From contig JAKSBG010000475.1 of NCBI GenBank assembly GCA_022361255.1, forward strand, positions 1 through 61,245: 61,245 nt of DNA, given 5' to 3'. Shown piece by piece: positions 28,977-37,981 of the stretch; the first letter of the stretch is position 1, and every line of letters begins with the position of its first letter. Below the pieces are notes generated by a model that did no database searches, was not told the DNA's origin, and worked only from the letters and a program-made list of their open reading frames with translations. Source of the stretch: Verrucomicrobiales bacterium. Its GTDB lineage: Bacteria; Verrucomicrobiota; Verrucomicrobiia; Verrucomicrobiales; DEV007. Both the position numbers and the translations under genes were made by a program.

Positions 28977-30352
28977 CCTGCTTTTTTCTCCTTCTTCTTT
29001 TTCTGAAGGGCCTTGCGGGTCATTCCTTCGCGCCGTTTTGCCTGAACCGGATCGGCGGCCAGTGTCACTTTCCGGTGTTTTTCCATAGCTGCCCGGAGTT
29101 GTTGCAATCGTTCCGCAGCTTTTCCCTCTGCCGAATCTGCGAGACTTCTCTTCTCATGGAAATCAGACTCCAGATCGTAGAAGCGCCCGTCGGAGTACAG
29201 CTTGTAGCGTTGGTCCCGGACATGCTCGGAAGCTTTCTTCCGATCCCCGTCGCGATGGTACCAGCAGTAAATGTATGGTTTGTCGCGTTCGCCTTCGCCC
29301 GTCAACGTCGGGGTGAGGCTGACGCCGTCGAGATCGTAGGACGCAATTTTCTCTTCTCCCACTCCGGCCAGTTCAACGAAGGTGGGAAACAAATCGGAGA
29401 AGTCGACGAGCTCCCGGCTTTCACTGCCGGCCTCGATCGTGCCCGGCCAGTTCGCGATAAAGGGTACGTGTGTCCCGCTGTCTTTCGTGCTTCCTTTCCC
29501 TCCCGGATAGGTATCACCTTTGAACTGAGAAGTGATCTGAGTGGCGGTTCCATTGTCCCCGGTAAAAATCACAAGGGTATCCTCTCGCAGATTCAGTTCC
29601 TCAAGTTTTGCGACGATCTTGCCAACCATCTTGTCGGTGTAGGCAACGTCGTCGGCCCAGTAGGTCTGATCCCGGAAGCCTCCCGGTTCGCTTTCTTTGT
29701 CACGCCAGAGAGTCGGATCCCAATCATTGCTGTCCGGAGTCGGAACAAACGGCCAATGAGGAAGAATCATCGGATAGTAGACGAAAAACGGTTTCGATTC
29801 GTCGCGGGTTTCGAGAAACTGATTGATGTGATCAGTGACAATGTCAGGGCCGAACTCCCCGTTCTTGAAATCCTTCTCCTCTCCGTTGATTTCGAGCCCG
29901 GGATTGGGATAGCGGCTCGGTCTCCGTGTGAGCTGCCAGAGACAATACTTCTCAAAACCGAATTGTACCGGCCCTTCGAACCCGCCTTCCAGCTGCCACT
30001 TTCCCGCGATGTACGTCTGGTAGCCGGCGTCTTTCATGGCATGGCCGAAGGTGGTTTCTTTCGGGTCAAGAATGCCGAATTTCACGTAGTTCCGGTTGTT
30101 GTATTTGCCCGTCATGATCTGAACCCGCGAGGGTGTGCAGATCGGCTGGGCATGGGCGTGAAGAAATCTCATTCCCCCTGCGGCGAGTTCATCGAGATGA
30201 GGGGTGGAATACATTTCACTGCCGTTTGCCCCGATGCATTCGTAGCCCAGATCATCTGCCATGATCATGATGATATTCGGGCGTTCCGCCGAAAATACGG
30301 CAGAAAGTGCTGTGATTGCTAAAAATGTGGAGATCGGTAGAAAGCGCTTCAT
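28973..30352 (-). CDS. Secreted sulfatase (family S1, Cys-type)
   Basis: Signal peptide from ATG 30352, ADDLG, CTPSR..IMTG, GKWQL, GDNG, GGKG. Confidence 0.92.
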   Translation of the reverse strand: MKRFLPISTFLAITALSAVFSAERPNIIMIMADDLGYECIGANGSEMYSTPHLDELAAGGMRFLHAHAQPICTPSRVQIMTGKYNNRNYVKFGILDPKETTFGHAMKDAGYQTYIAGKWQLEGGFEGPVQFGFEKYCLWQLTRRPSRYPNPGLEINGEEKDFKNGEFGPDIVTDHINQFLETRDESKPFFVYYPMILPHWPFVPTPDSNDWDPTLWRDKESEPGGFRDQTYWADDVAYTDKMVGKIVAKLEELNLREDTLVIFTGDNGTATQITSQFKGDTYPGGKGSTKDSGTHVPFIANWPGTIEAGSESRELVDFSDLFPTFVELAGVGEEKIASYDLDGVSLTPTLTGEGERDKPYIYCWYHRDGDRKKASEHVRDQRYKLYSDGRFYDLESDFHEKRSLADSAEGKAAERLQQLRAAMEKHRKVTLAADPVQAKRREGMTRKALQKKKKEKKAG

Positions 30353-30440
30353 CAACTGAACCAGTGGATAAAAAAGCTGCGCGTCGAGCAATGGAAAAAC
30401 GAGGAAAATACTTTCGCTTTTTCTTGACCCGTGATTTGCG

Positions 30441-30479
30441 ACTCAACCCTGTTCTGTTCAGGACCTAACAGGGTTGGGT
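30441..30479. promoter_or_regulatory. 13-bp inverted repeat built from AACCCTGTT / AACAGGGTT boxes 22 bp apart
   Basis: ACTCAACCCTGTT (30441-30453), N13, AACAGGGTTGGGT (30467-30479). The same box recurs at 60555-60630. Function unknown. Confidence 0.55.
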
Positions 30480-30554
30480 GGGGGAGGTAGGAGGGGGCAA
30501 CTGCAAATCGGGGCTGACTGAGTAGTGAGCAATGCGGAGGGAGCGCTTCCCCTG

Positions 30555-31448
30555 TCAGGAGCAGTCCGGCCAGTGTTCTGCAATTTTCTTTTTCAGGAAG
30601 TCAACGCTCCGTGCCAACTGTTCCATCCCTTCGACACCGTCTTCGATGCTGATCCAGCCATCGAAATCTTTGCTTCTTAGCTCGGAAAAAATCGCGTCAT
30701 AGTCATTGAGGCCTTTGCCAATCTCTCCGTGGCTCAGGCGCTCTGCATATCCTTCTGCGCCGTCTTCTTCACGGCGTAAATCCTCAATTGTTCCTTTGAT
30801 GAGAAACCGGTCGCTGGCGTGCATGGTCACGACGCGGTCGGAAACCCGTTTGAGCAATTCGATGGGGTCCTCACCGGCGAGATAGGTGTTGCTGGGGTCG
30901 TAGTTTACTCCAAATGCCGGATGTTGTACCCGTTCTACGAGCCGGCAGAAGACATCCATCTTCTGAGCGAATTCCGGATACTGCCAGAAATCGTCTTTGT
31001 AGTGATTTTCGATGATTAGGATGATGCCTCGATCTTCCGCGTAGGGAAGGCAGGCTTCAATGGATGCTGCGGCGAAATCTATGCCCTCATCAATCGACAG
31101 TTCAGGTCGTCGTTGTCCGCTCAATACACGACAATAACTTCCTCCCAGGATATGGGTCATTTCGATCCATCTCTTTTGTTTCGCAATTTCTCTTTTCCGG
31201 AAGGAAGCGTCCGGGTGGGTAAAGTCCGGTGAACAGCACATCATCGGGATGACCATTCCGTGTGCCTCGGTTTCTTGACGGAATCGCAGCCAGTTCGCAT
31301 CATCCGCCATTTCGAGAAAGCCCGCATACCATTCGATTCCCTCGACATCCAACCCGGCCGCAAGTTTTATCCACTCGGACACGGTCATACTACCGTCCTT
31401 GCAAAGGGCGTGCATGAAGGCTTTGGGAAATGCGGCGAGTTTCGGCAT
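30555..31448 (-). CDS. Sugar phosphate isomerase/epimerase (xylose-isomerase-like TIM barrel)
   Basis: IENH, NYDPSN, MHASD, G.IGKG..DY, WISIE metal-binding pattern. Confidence 0.85.
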   Translation of the reverse strand: MPKLAAFPKAFMHALCKDGSMTVSEWIKLAAGLDVEGIEWYAGFLEMADDANWLRFRQETEAHGMVIPMMCCSPDFTHPDASFRKREIAKQKRWIEMTHILGGSYCRVLSGQRRPELSIDEGIDFAAASIEACLPYAEDRGIILIIENHYKDDFWQYPEFAQKMDVFCRLVERVQHPAFGVNYDPSNTYLAGEDPIELLKRVSDRVVTMHASDRFLIKGTIEDLRREEDGAEGYAERLSHGEIGKGLNDYDAIFSELRSKDFDGWISIEDGVEGMEQLARSVDFLKKKIAEHWPDCS

Positions 31449-31481
31449 CGGTTGAGCAGGTAAGACGTGAAGTGGAGGTTT

Positions 31482-32507
31482 CTAGACGGGTTGTAACACA
31501 CTTTTCACGACCTCTCCTTTGTGCATTTTCTCAAACGCATCATGCCAGTCTGTAGTTTTCCAGACTCCACCGATAATCGGCTCGACGTCAAACTGCCTGT
31601 CGCCCATCAGTGCAATGACTCGCTCCCAAATGGTCCAGTGGTGACTGAAACTTCCCTGGAGGGTTACATTCTTTTGAACCAGCGGATCAATGTTGAAACC
31701 GAGTGGCTGTGGCCCCCATCCCACTTTACTGATCCATCCGTTCGGGCGAACGAGGTCGAGAGCAATTCTCAGGGTGGCGCTGGCTCCTGCTGCATCGATC
31801 ACTCCGTCACATCCCATACCGTCACGACTCACAGCCCAGTCGGTTGCCTGCCCTATGATCGTTTCGCAACTATATTGCTCTGCAATTTTGAGTCTGTGCG
31901 CGTCCTGTTCCAGTCCGATTAAGGCGACCTGGGCGCCGCATTGTTTCGCCATTGCTGCGCACAAAATACCAATTGTTCCCGGTCCCAAAACCGCAACACG
32001 GTCTCCCGGTTCAATTCTTGCGTTTCGGACGACAGCGTTGTAGGCGACGCAGGCAGGTTCCGTCAGGCAGGCCTGTTCAAACGGCAGGCTGTCGGGAATC
32101 CGGTGCAGAATCCGCTCCGGCACGCGAACGTATTTCGTCATCGCGCCGTCCACTCCGTAACCAAATCCTTTCCGGCTCGTGTCGAGATTGTAGAGCCCCT
32201 GGCGGGTCATCGGGTTGTCGGGATCGATGATTGCTGCCGTTTCGGAAACGACCCGGTCTCCTTCGCTCCATTTTGTGACATCTGCTCCGACTTCAATAAT
32301 GTGTCCGCCAAACTCATGGCCCAGCACGACGGGGTAGTTGACCGGCCACGAATGATCCGCCGTCCACTGGTGAAGGTCGCTCCCGCAAACTCCGACGTTG
32401 GCGACTTCGATGAGAACTTCTTCAGGACCAATTTCCGGACGTTCGACTTCGCGAATCTCAACTGATCCTGCTTCCGGGGAGAAATTCACAACGGCGGCTG
32501 ACTTCAT
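31482..32507 (-). CDS. Zinc-dependent medium-chain (polyol-type) dehydrogenase
   Basis: GVCGSDLH, LGHE, TEP, GPGTIG; structural-Zn cysteines absent. ATG 32507 overlaps the upstream stop. Confidence 0.9.
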   Translation of the reverse strand: MKSAAVVNFSPEAGSVEIREVERPEIGPEEVLIEVANVGVCGSDLHQWTADHSWPVNYPVVLGHEFGGHIIEVGADVTKWSEGDRVVSETAAIIDPDNPMTRQGLYNLDTSRKGFGYGVDGAMTKYVRVPERILHRIPDSLPFEQACLTEPACVAYNAVVRNARIEPGDRVAVLGPGTIGILCAAMAKQCGAQVALIGLEQDAHRLKIAEQYSCETIIGQATDWAVSRDGMGCDGVIDAAGASATLRIALDLVRPNGWISKVGWGPQPLGFNIDPLVQKNVTLQGSFSHHWTIWERVIALMGDRQFDVEPIIGGVWKTTDWHDAFEKMHKGEVVKSVLQPV

Positions 32508-33199
32508 ATCGAAACCTCCTGAGAATGCACGGCTTCGCAAATCAAACGGAGAGAGCCTTCCAGGTCGCCGTCGGCGGTTTTGAATGCGTCGGCGTCTACC
32601 GTCAAAGGTGCACCGAGGACCACGAGGGGAGCTCCGTATTGAGGGCAGGCAATGGCCTGCTCCAGGGAAAGGCCTCCCACCGCCTGGACCGGGACATCGA
32701 CTGCATCAACGACGTCTTTCAACTGGTCCAGTGGGTTTGGTATGTGGCCTCCGGCGGCTGCGATGCCGCGCCGTTCATCGTATCCGATGTGGTGGATGAC
32801 GTACCCGCAACCGAGATCTGCGAGTTGTTTTGCCCCTTCGACCATATCGGGACAGCCCAGATTGTCGCCCATCACTTCGCAGCCGAAGTCTTTCCCGGCC
32901 TTCACAACACACTTGATGGTTTCTTCGTGTGCTCTTGCCATTACGACAACATGCGTGGCGCCGGCCTTCGCCATCATTTCCGCCTCGAGGTAGCCCCCGT
33001 CCATGGTTTTCAGATCAGCGACGATGGGAACATCCGGGAAGGCTTCGCGGAGCTTTCCAACCCCGTGCAGCCCCTCAGCCAGAATCAATGGAGTCCCCGC
33101 TTCCAACCAGTCGACTCCCGCCCGTCGCGCCAGTGCGGCTGTTTCCAGGGCTTCGTCGATATTCGTGAGATCGAGAGAAATCTGTACAATCGGCTTCAT
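32504..33199 (-). CDS. OMPDC/HUMPS family protein, 3-hexulose-6-phosphate synthase-like
   Basis: QISLD, LEAGTPLI, ADLKTMDGG.LEA, HIGYD, AVGGL. Start ATG 33199. Confidence 0.85.
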   Translation of the reverse strand: MKPIVQISLDLTNIDEALETAALARRAGVDWLEAGTPLILAEGLHGVGKLREAFPDVPIVADLKTMDGGYLEAEMMAKAGATHVVVMARAHEETIKCVVKAGKDFGCEVMGDNLGCPDMVEGAKQLADLGCGYVIHHIGYDERRGIAAAGGHIPNPLDQLKDVVDAVDVPVQAVGGLSLEQAIACPQYGAPLVVLGAPLTVDADAFKTADGDLEGSLRLICEAVHSQEVSI

Positions 33200-33262
33200 G
33201 TGTGCGGACCGTATCAAATTGTCGGCTGGTCGTCCCGAAAAAGGACAGGATTAATGCGCCAC

Positions 33263-33793
33263 TCATCCGGCTCCCCGGTCAGCTCTTTCCGGGGGAATGG
33301 GAAAAGCCTTCCTCGACGATCCGGAGCGGAACGTGAGGGTGAAAACACCGCGTGCTCTTCGAATATTCACGGTATTGATTTGACCCTTCACATCATTGAG
33401 CAGGATCGTATTTTCGATAATGATCTTCTTCCCGGACGGGTCCGGAATCTTTGTCTCCTGATAGATCCACAGGTGACCGCCTTCGATTTCATGCCCCACC
33501 GGATTGAGCGTTATCGGGCTCTTGTCCTGTTGCGTGACAGTGAAGTGGCTGGACACGTATTTCGCGAACGCTTTCCGGGCTTGTTGTGATTTTGTTAAAT
33601 CTTCGTGGTTTCCCGTGATCTTCTGAATGACATGCTCTGCATCATGAAGGCTGATGCGGTGGGCGATCTCGATATTGCCTGTGCGCGTGTTGAAAAAGAC
33701 ATCGGTCAGCGCTGTTTTCTGTTCGTGGGAAAATAGAGCGTGCAGGAGAGAAAACAGAGTCATCAGCACGATGAGGAGGAGCTTACTTCTCAT
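33263..33793 (-). CDS. DUF6702-like secreted protein
   Basis: Signal peptide ending in SH, EIAHR..HDAEH, GHE, W.YQE, Q.N.VN. Overlaps the M1 peptidase stop, the usual pairing for this family. Confidence 0.7.
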   Translation of the reverse strand: MRSKLLLIVLMTLFSLLHALFSHEQKTALTDVFFNTRTGNIEIAHRISLHDAEHVIQKITGNHEDLTKSQQARKAFAKYVSSHFTVTQQDKSPITLNPVGHEIEGGHLWIYQETKIPDPSGKKIIIENTILLNDVKGQINTVNIRRARGVFTLTFRSGSSRKAFPIPPERADRGAG

Positions 33794-36236
33794 CTGTTTT
33801 CGCCTCCTTTTTCTCTTTCAACTCTGTTTTGCTGTCCTGCATGATGTCGCGATTCGAGAGCCCGGTGCGCTTTGATTTGTATGCTTCAATCCGTGAGGGG
33901 ATTATGCGACGCGGGTAATAATTGTTCTCAATATTTGCGTCGGCAGTCTCCCAGTTTGGATCAATAACAACGCTTGTCAGCCCGGTTCCCTTTTCGAGAG
34001 CGATCAGCTTACGAACCTTCTTCGGATTTCGTCTCCAGATCTCAGCGGGGATGTGAAGTTTTTTCGTCTCACCGTCAGCAAGCTGCATCTCAAGGATGAT
34101 CGGCATGACGAGCCCACCGATATTTGAAAACTCAAGCACGTAGTAGTTTTTGTCCTCCTGTACCGCGCGTTCGAAAGCTGCTCTTTCCCAGTCTTCCAAA
34201 TCCTCCAGAAACTTCCGGTACTCGTTTCGCTCTTTGTTCGTGACGGTGAAAATATCATTTTCATCGTAGAAATCCTTGCTTTCGGGATGGCGGTCTATCC
34301 AGGGTTTCCTTCCGGCATCCTCATTGAGCCGGACGCCGACTTTGGTTGGTTTGTCCTTTTCTTCCTCGCGGCGGCGGGTGAAATCGATGTCTGGATCCTT
34401 TGTGTCGAGGCGGAGTCGGTAGATTGCGTCGAGTGAGATATCTACGTGGTCGGTGGTGTAAAACCAGCCGCGCCAAAACCAGTCGAGGTCGACGCCGGAC
34501 GCTTCCTCCATGGTTCGGAAAAAATCCGCCGGTGTAGGGCGCTTGAATTTCCATCGCCGGGAAAAGGTTTTGAGAGCGTGATCAAAGCGTTCTCTTCCGA
34601 TGATCGTGTCCCGTAGTATGTGCAAGGCGGCGGATGGTTTACCATAGGCGTTGGGTCCGAATTGCAGGATTGAATCGGACTGTGTCATGATCGGAACCTG
34701 ATTCGAACTGATCATGTAAGGCACAAGGTCACGGGGAAGGGATCTCGTCCACGGCATGTCCGGATCCCATTCATAGCAGGCCACGGAATCCAGGAAGCTG
34801 TTGATGCCCTCGTCGATCCACGTCCACTGCCTTTCGTCAGAGTTTACCACCATAGGGAAATAGTTGTGGCCGACTTCGTGAATGACGACTCCAACCAGAA
34901 AGACCTTTTCCGACATCGAGTAAGTTCTGTCCCCATCATCCTGGAGTTCGGTGCGGGGACCGTTGAAGGTGATCATCGGGTATTCCATTCCCCCGACCGG
35001 TCCGTTCACCGACTGAATGACGGGGTAGGGGAAATCGAATGAAAAACGTCCATACACCTCCATTGTATGAATGATCGCGGGAGTGGAATATTTTCTCCAC
35101 AGTTCTCCGCCCTCCTTCGGCCAGAATGACATTGCCATGACAGTACTGACCTCTGCGTCCGGTTGCGCGTATCCCTGCGCGTCCCATATGAATTTCCGGG
35201 ACGATGCCCAGGCGAAATCCCGAACGTTTTCGGCCGTGAAGTGCCAGGTTTTCTTCCCCTCAGGATTCGAACTCTCATTTGCGAGCGCTTCATCAGGAGT
35301 GACAATAAAGACGGGCCGCTCCGCTGTTTTCGCCTCTTCAAGCCGGGTTCTCTGCGGTTCCGTGAGGACTTCATCCGGGTTCTGTAACACTCCGGTGGAG
35401 GAAACAATGTGATCACCCGGCACTGTGAGTGTCACATCGTAATCGCCGAACTCGAGGGTGAACTCACCGCGCCCGAGGAACTCCTTGTTGTGCCAGCCTT
35501 CGTAGTCTGAATAGGCAGCCATGCGGGGAAACCATTGGGCGAGGAGAAAAATGTCGTTACCATTTTCCCGTTCATCTTCGGGGAAATGCTCATATCCGGA
35601 CCGGCCGCCGACTGCATCCTGCTCGATGATGTTGTGCTCCCAGGGAATGGTGAAAGTCATTGAATTGCCGGGCTTGAGTGGCTTTTCGGGGTCGATTCGC
35701 ATGAGCGTGCCGACGACGGTGTGATTCAACACCTCTCCGTTGGGTGCGGTAATTTTCCCGATTTCAAAACCGTATTCCCGGTCCTCCATTCCCTGTTGCC
35801 GACGTAGTTCGTAGAGACTGATCTGAGCTGGATCACCGGCATCCGGTGCCGAAGTGGAGGAGCCGCGCCCTGAAGTTCCTCCGAAATCAATAGTTCTCTC
35901 CTTGATCGAATCCTTCCGGAAAATGTTCTGGTCGAGATGAACCCAGAGGAACTCCAGTGTGTCAGGCGAATGGTTCGTGTAGGTGATTGTCGCCGAGGCA
36001 GTGATTCGCCGGGCATTTTCATCCAGCTCTGCCGTGATCACATAATCTGCCCGCTGTTGCCAGTACTCGTGTCCCGGCTGTCCGGAGGCGTTTCGATAGG
36101 TGTTTGGTGTCGGCAGTATTTCGTCGAGTTGCCTGAACTTGTCTTCGAAGTTGCCCTTTGTTTGCTGAATGCCTTGCGGGAACACAGTGGGGGCGATTGA
36201 AAACAGGAGCAGAAAAACTGAAATCGTACGTGTCAT
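33783..36236 (-). CDS. Secreted M1-family zinc aminopeptidase
   Basis: YWQQRADY, GGMEYP, HEVGH-x18-E (W.DEG), AYGKP, DLDWFWRGW. Confidence 0.92.
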   Translation of the reverse strand: MTRTISVFLLLFSIAPTVFPQGIQQTKGNFEDKFRQLDEILPTPNTYRNASGQPGHEYWQQRADYVITAELDENARRITASATITYTNHSPDTLEFLWVHLDQNIFRKDSIKERTIDFGGTSGRGSSTSAPDAGDPAQISLYELRRQQGMEDREYGFEIGKITAPNGEVLNHTVVGTLMRIDPEKPLKPGNSMTFTIPWEHNIIEQDAVGGRSGYEHFPEDERENGNDIFLLAQWFPRMAAYSDYEGWHNKEFLGRGEFTLEFGDYDVTLTVPGDHIVSSTGVLQNPDEVLTEPQRTRLEEAKTAERPVFIVTPDEALANESSNPEGKKTWHFTAENVRDFAWASSRKFIWDAQGYAQPDAEVSTVMAMSFWPKEGGELWRKYSTPAIIHTMEVYGRFSFDFPYPVIQSVNGPVGGMEYPMITFNGPRTELQDDGDRTYSMSEKVFLVGVVIHEVGHNYFPMVVNSDERQWTWIDEGINSFLDSVACYEWDPDMPWTRSLPRDLVPYMISSNQVPIMTQSDSILQFGPNAYGKPSAALHILRDTIIGRERFDHALKTFSRRWKFKRPTPADFFRTMEEASGVDLDWFWRGWFYTTDHVDISLDAIYRLRLDTKDPDIDFTRRREEEKDKPTKVGVRLNEDAGRKPWIDRHPESKDFYDENDIFTVTNKERNEYRKFLEDLEDWERAAFERAVQEDKNYYVLEFSNIGGLVMPIILEMQLADGETKKLHIPAEIWRRNPKKVRKLIALEKGTGLTSVVIDPNWETADANIENNYYPRRIIPSRIEAYKSKRTGLSNRDIMQDSKTELKEKKEAKTDEK

Positions 36237-36665
36237 GAGCCGGGCGTGGTATCAATCTGATCGTGTCCGATCAGAAGAGTGTCTGTCGAGAGTCGAATTC
36301 TGATGTTGATATACGCACGGTTTGAGAGAAATCCGCTTTCAGCGGAGGGATTCCGTTTTGTGCCGGTTAAAGCGTCCGGGATTTTCCCGATGAGTTAAGA
36401 TTTAATTAGAAAGAAACGTGACGATCAATAGGAGAGGAGAGTAGGGGCTCCGAGGTTTGAGTCGATGAAAATCACGGGCAAAGCTTTTCAGGGGCGGCCG
36501 GGAGCCGGGACAACTCCGGGAGGCGAAGATCGAGTTCCTTTCGTAACCCAACTTTTTGAATCACAGACTGATATTATGCGAGGCCTGGAACAAATTTGAA
36601 TAATTTGGCACTTACTTTGAAAAAATTGACAATTCGATACGGCAGCTTTAAATGCAGACACTGAA

Positions 36666-37673
36666 ATGGTTATGAAATTTTCGCGATACTTTTTGATGAC
36701 GCCAATCGTCGCGTTTCTGGCTGCCGCCTTCACGCTTACGGCAAATTCCGGAGAGCCATACTACGACTCAAAGCAAGTCATAGTGCCGGATTCTTCCTGC
36801 GAGGATCCGGATTGGTCGGTCTACACAGGATTTGGCTACCTCCAACTTAGTGCAAACGAGTTTGTTCTGAATGGACCCGGGCCGGGAGGATTGCTCAGTC
36901 GGCTCGATTGGGAGGTTCGAGATGCGCTCACCTACAATCTGGGTGTCAAAAGGCATTTGAATGACCGGGTTGCGATTTTTGGTGAAGCAATTGTGAGTTT
37001 GGGTGCTGATGATACGGACATGTACGATCGCGACTGGATTGGAGCTCCGAGAATGACAGACATTTCTGATCATTCAGATGTGAATCTGAGCCACTATTTC
37101 CAAATCGATGCAGGTGTTGATTTCGTAGCACTTGAGACTCAGAAACTTGACGTCAATCTTCGACTTGGTTTCCGCTACACGGATGTTGCGATGGATGCAT
37201 ACGGAGGAGGATTCCGTTATTCAACTGATGCCACTACCGGCGTATTCTTCGACGATATCGGGCGATTTCCTGATGGTGACCTTTCCATTTCCTATCGGCA
37301 GAAAATTCCGGGCGTCTACATTGCTCCCAGTGCAGAATGGAGAGTTACGGAGCGAACCACTTTCACTGTTGGTGGACTTGCAGGTGTCACTTTCTCAGCA
37401 GAGGACCGGGATCACCATTGGGCACGCCGAACCCTTTTTGAGTCTGAGTTCGAGTCTGTCGGATTCTACGGCGCCAATATAGGCTTGGACCATAAGCTCA
37501 CTGACTGCGTTTCTGCCTACATCAACGGCGATTATACCAGATACAGCACAGCGGTTGGGGATGTGACCGATACTGCTTATGGTGCGAATGCAGGGCAGGG
37601 TTTTACTCCGAACGGTGGAGCTATGAATCTTGGGGTCTGGCAGGTAAATACTGGAATCAAGATTAAGTTCTAG
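36666..37673 (+). CDS. Omptin-family outer-membrane protease
   Basis: LSRLDW, DRDW (OmpT D83/D85 equivalent), SDH (S99/H101), DRDHH (D210/H212), alternating beta-strands, terminal IKF; signal peptide (start 36666 or 36672). Confidence 0.82.
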   Translation: MVMKFSRYFLMTPIVAFLAAAFTLTANSGEPYYDSKQVIVPDSSCEDPDWSVYTGFGYLQLSANEFVLNGPGPGGLLSRLDWEVRDALTYNLGVKRHLNDRVAIFGEAIVSLGADDTDMYDRDWIGAPRMTDISDHSDVNLSHYFQIDAGVDFVALETQKLDVNLRLGFRYTDVAMDAYGGGFRYSTDATTGVFFDDIGRFPDGDLSISYRQKIPGVYIAPSAEWRVTERTTFTVGGLAGVTFSAEDRDHHWARRTLFESEFESVGFYGANIGLDHKLTDCVSAYINGDYTRYSTAVGDVTDTAYGANAGQGFTPNGGAMNLGVWQVNTGIKIKF

Positions 37674-37712
37674 AAACCTGCTTCGCTTGCATTTTTGCAA
37701 GATTTTCAAATC

Positions 37713-37746
37713 CCGCTCTCATTGCAATAATGGGGGCGGTTTTTTT
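37713..37746 (+). terminator. Rho-independent terminator after the omptin gene
   Basis: CCGCTCTCATT-GCAAT-AATGGGGGCGG stem (two G-U pairs) followed by T7. Confidence 0.8.
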
Positions 37747-37898
37747 GTGTCTGGCGCAGACCGTTCTGATTTCCGGAGGGAAGACTTGCGGCTGTATCTT
37801 TCGCGTCCGATTCAATTTCCATATTTGGAGGGGGGGCTCTCCACGAGGCCCAAAAAGGAGGTGGGAGTGCAATCCATAGATTTGATCCCGTAGCCTGG

Positions 37899-37916
37899 CA
37901 TTGAATCGACTCAATG
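37899..37916. promoter_or_regulatory. Palindrome CATTGA-N6-TCAATG upstream of the sulfatase pair (possible operator)
   Basis: CATTGAATCGACTCAATG, about 65 bp before ATG 37982. Confidence 0.35.
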
Positions 37917-37981
37917 TAATGCTGGGGGCGCGACGATATTCTGTTGGGTGTGGAAGACTTGTGTTAGCATTCATACTATCC

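Noticed and set aside
36470-36530. GGGCAAAG start resembling a c-di-GMP-I riboswitch upstream of the omptin
   Set aside because: No GAAA-capped stem, second GCAAA or receptor helix follows.
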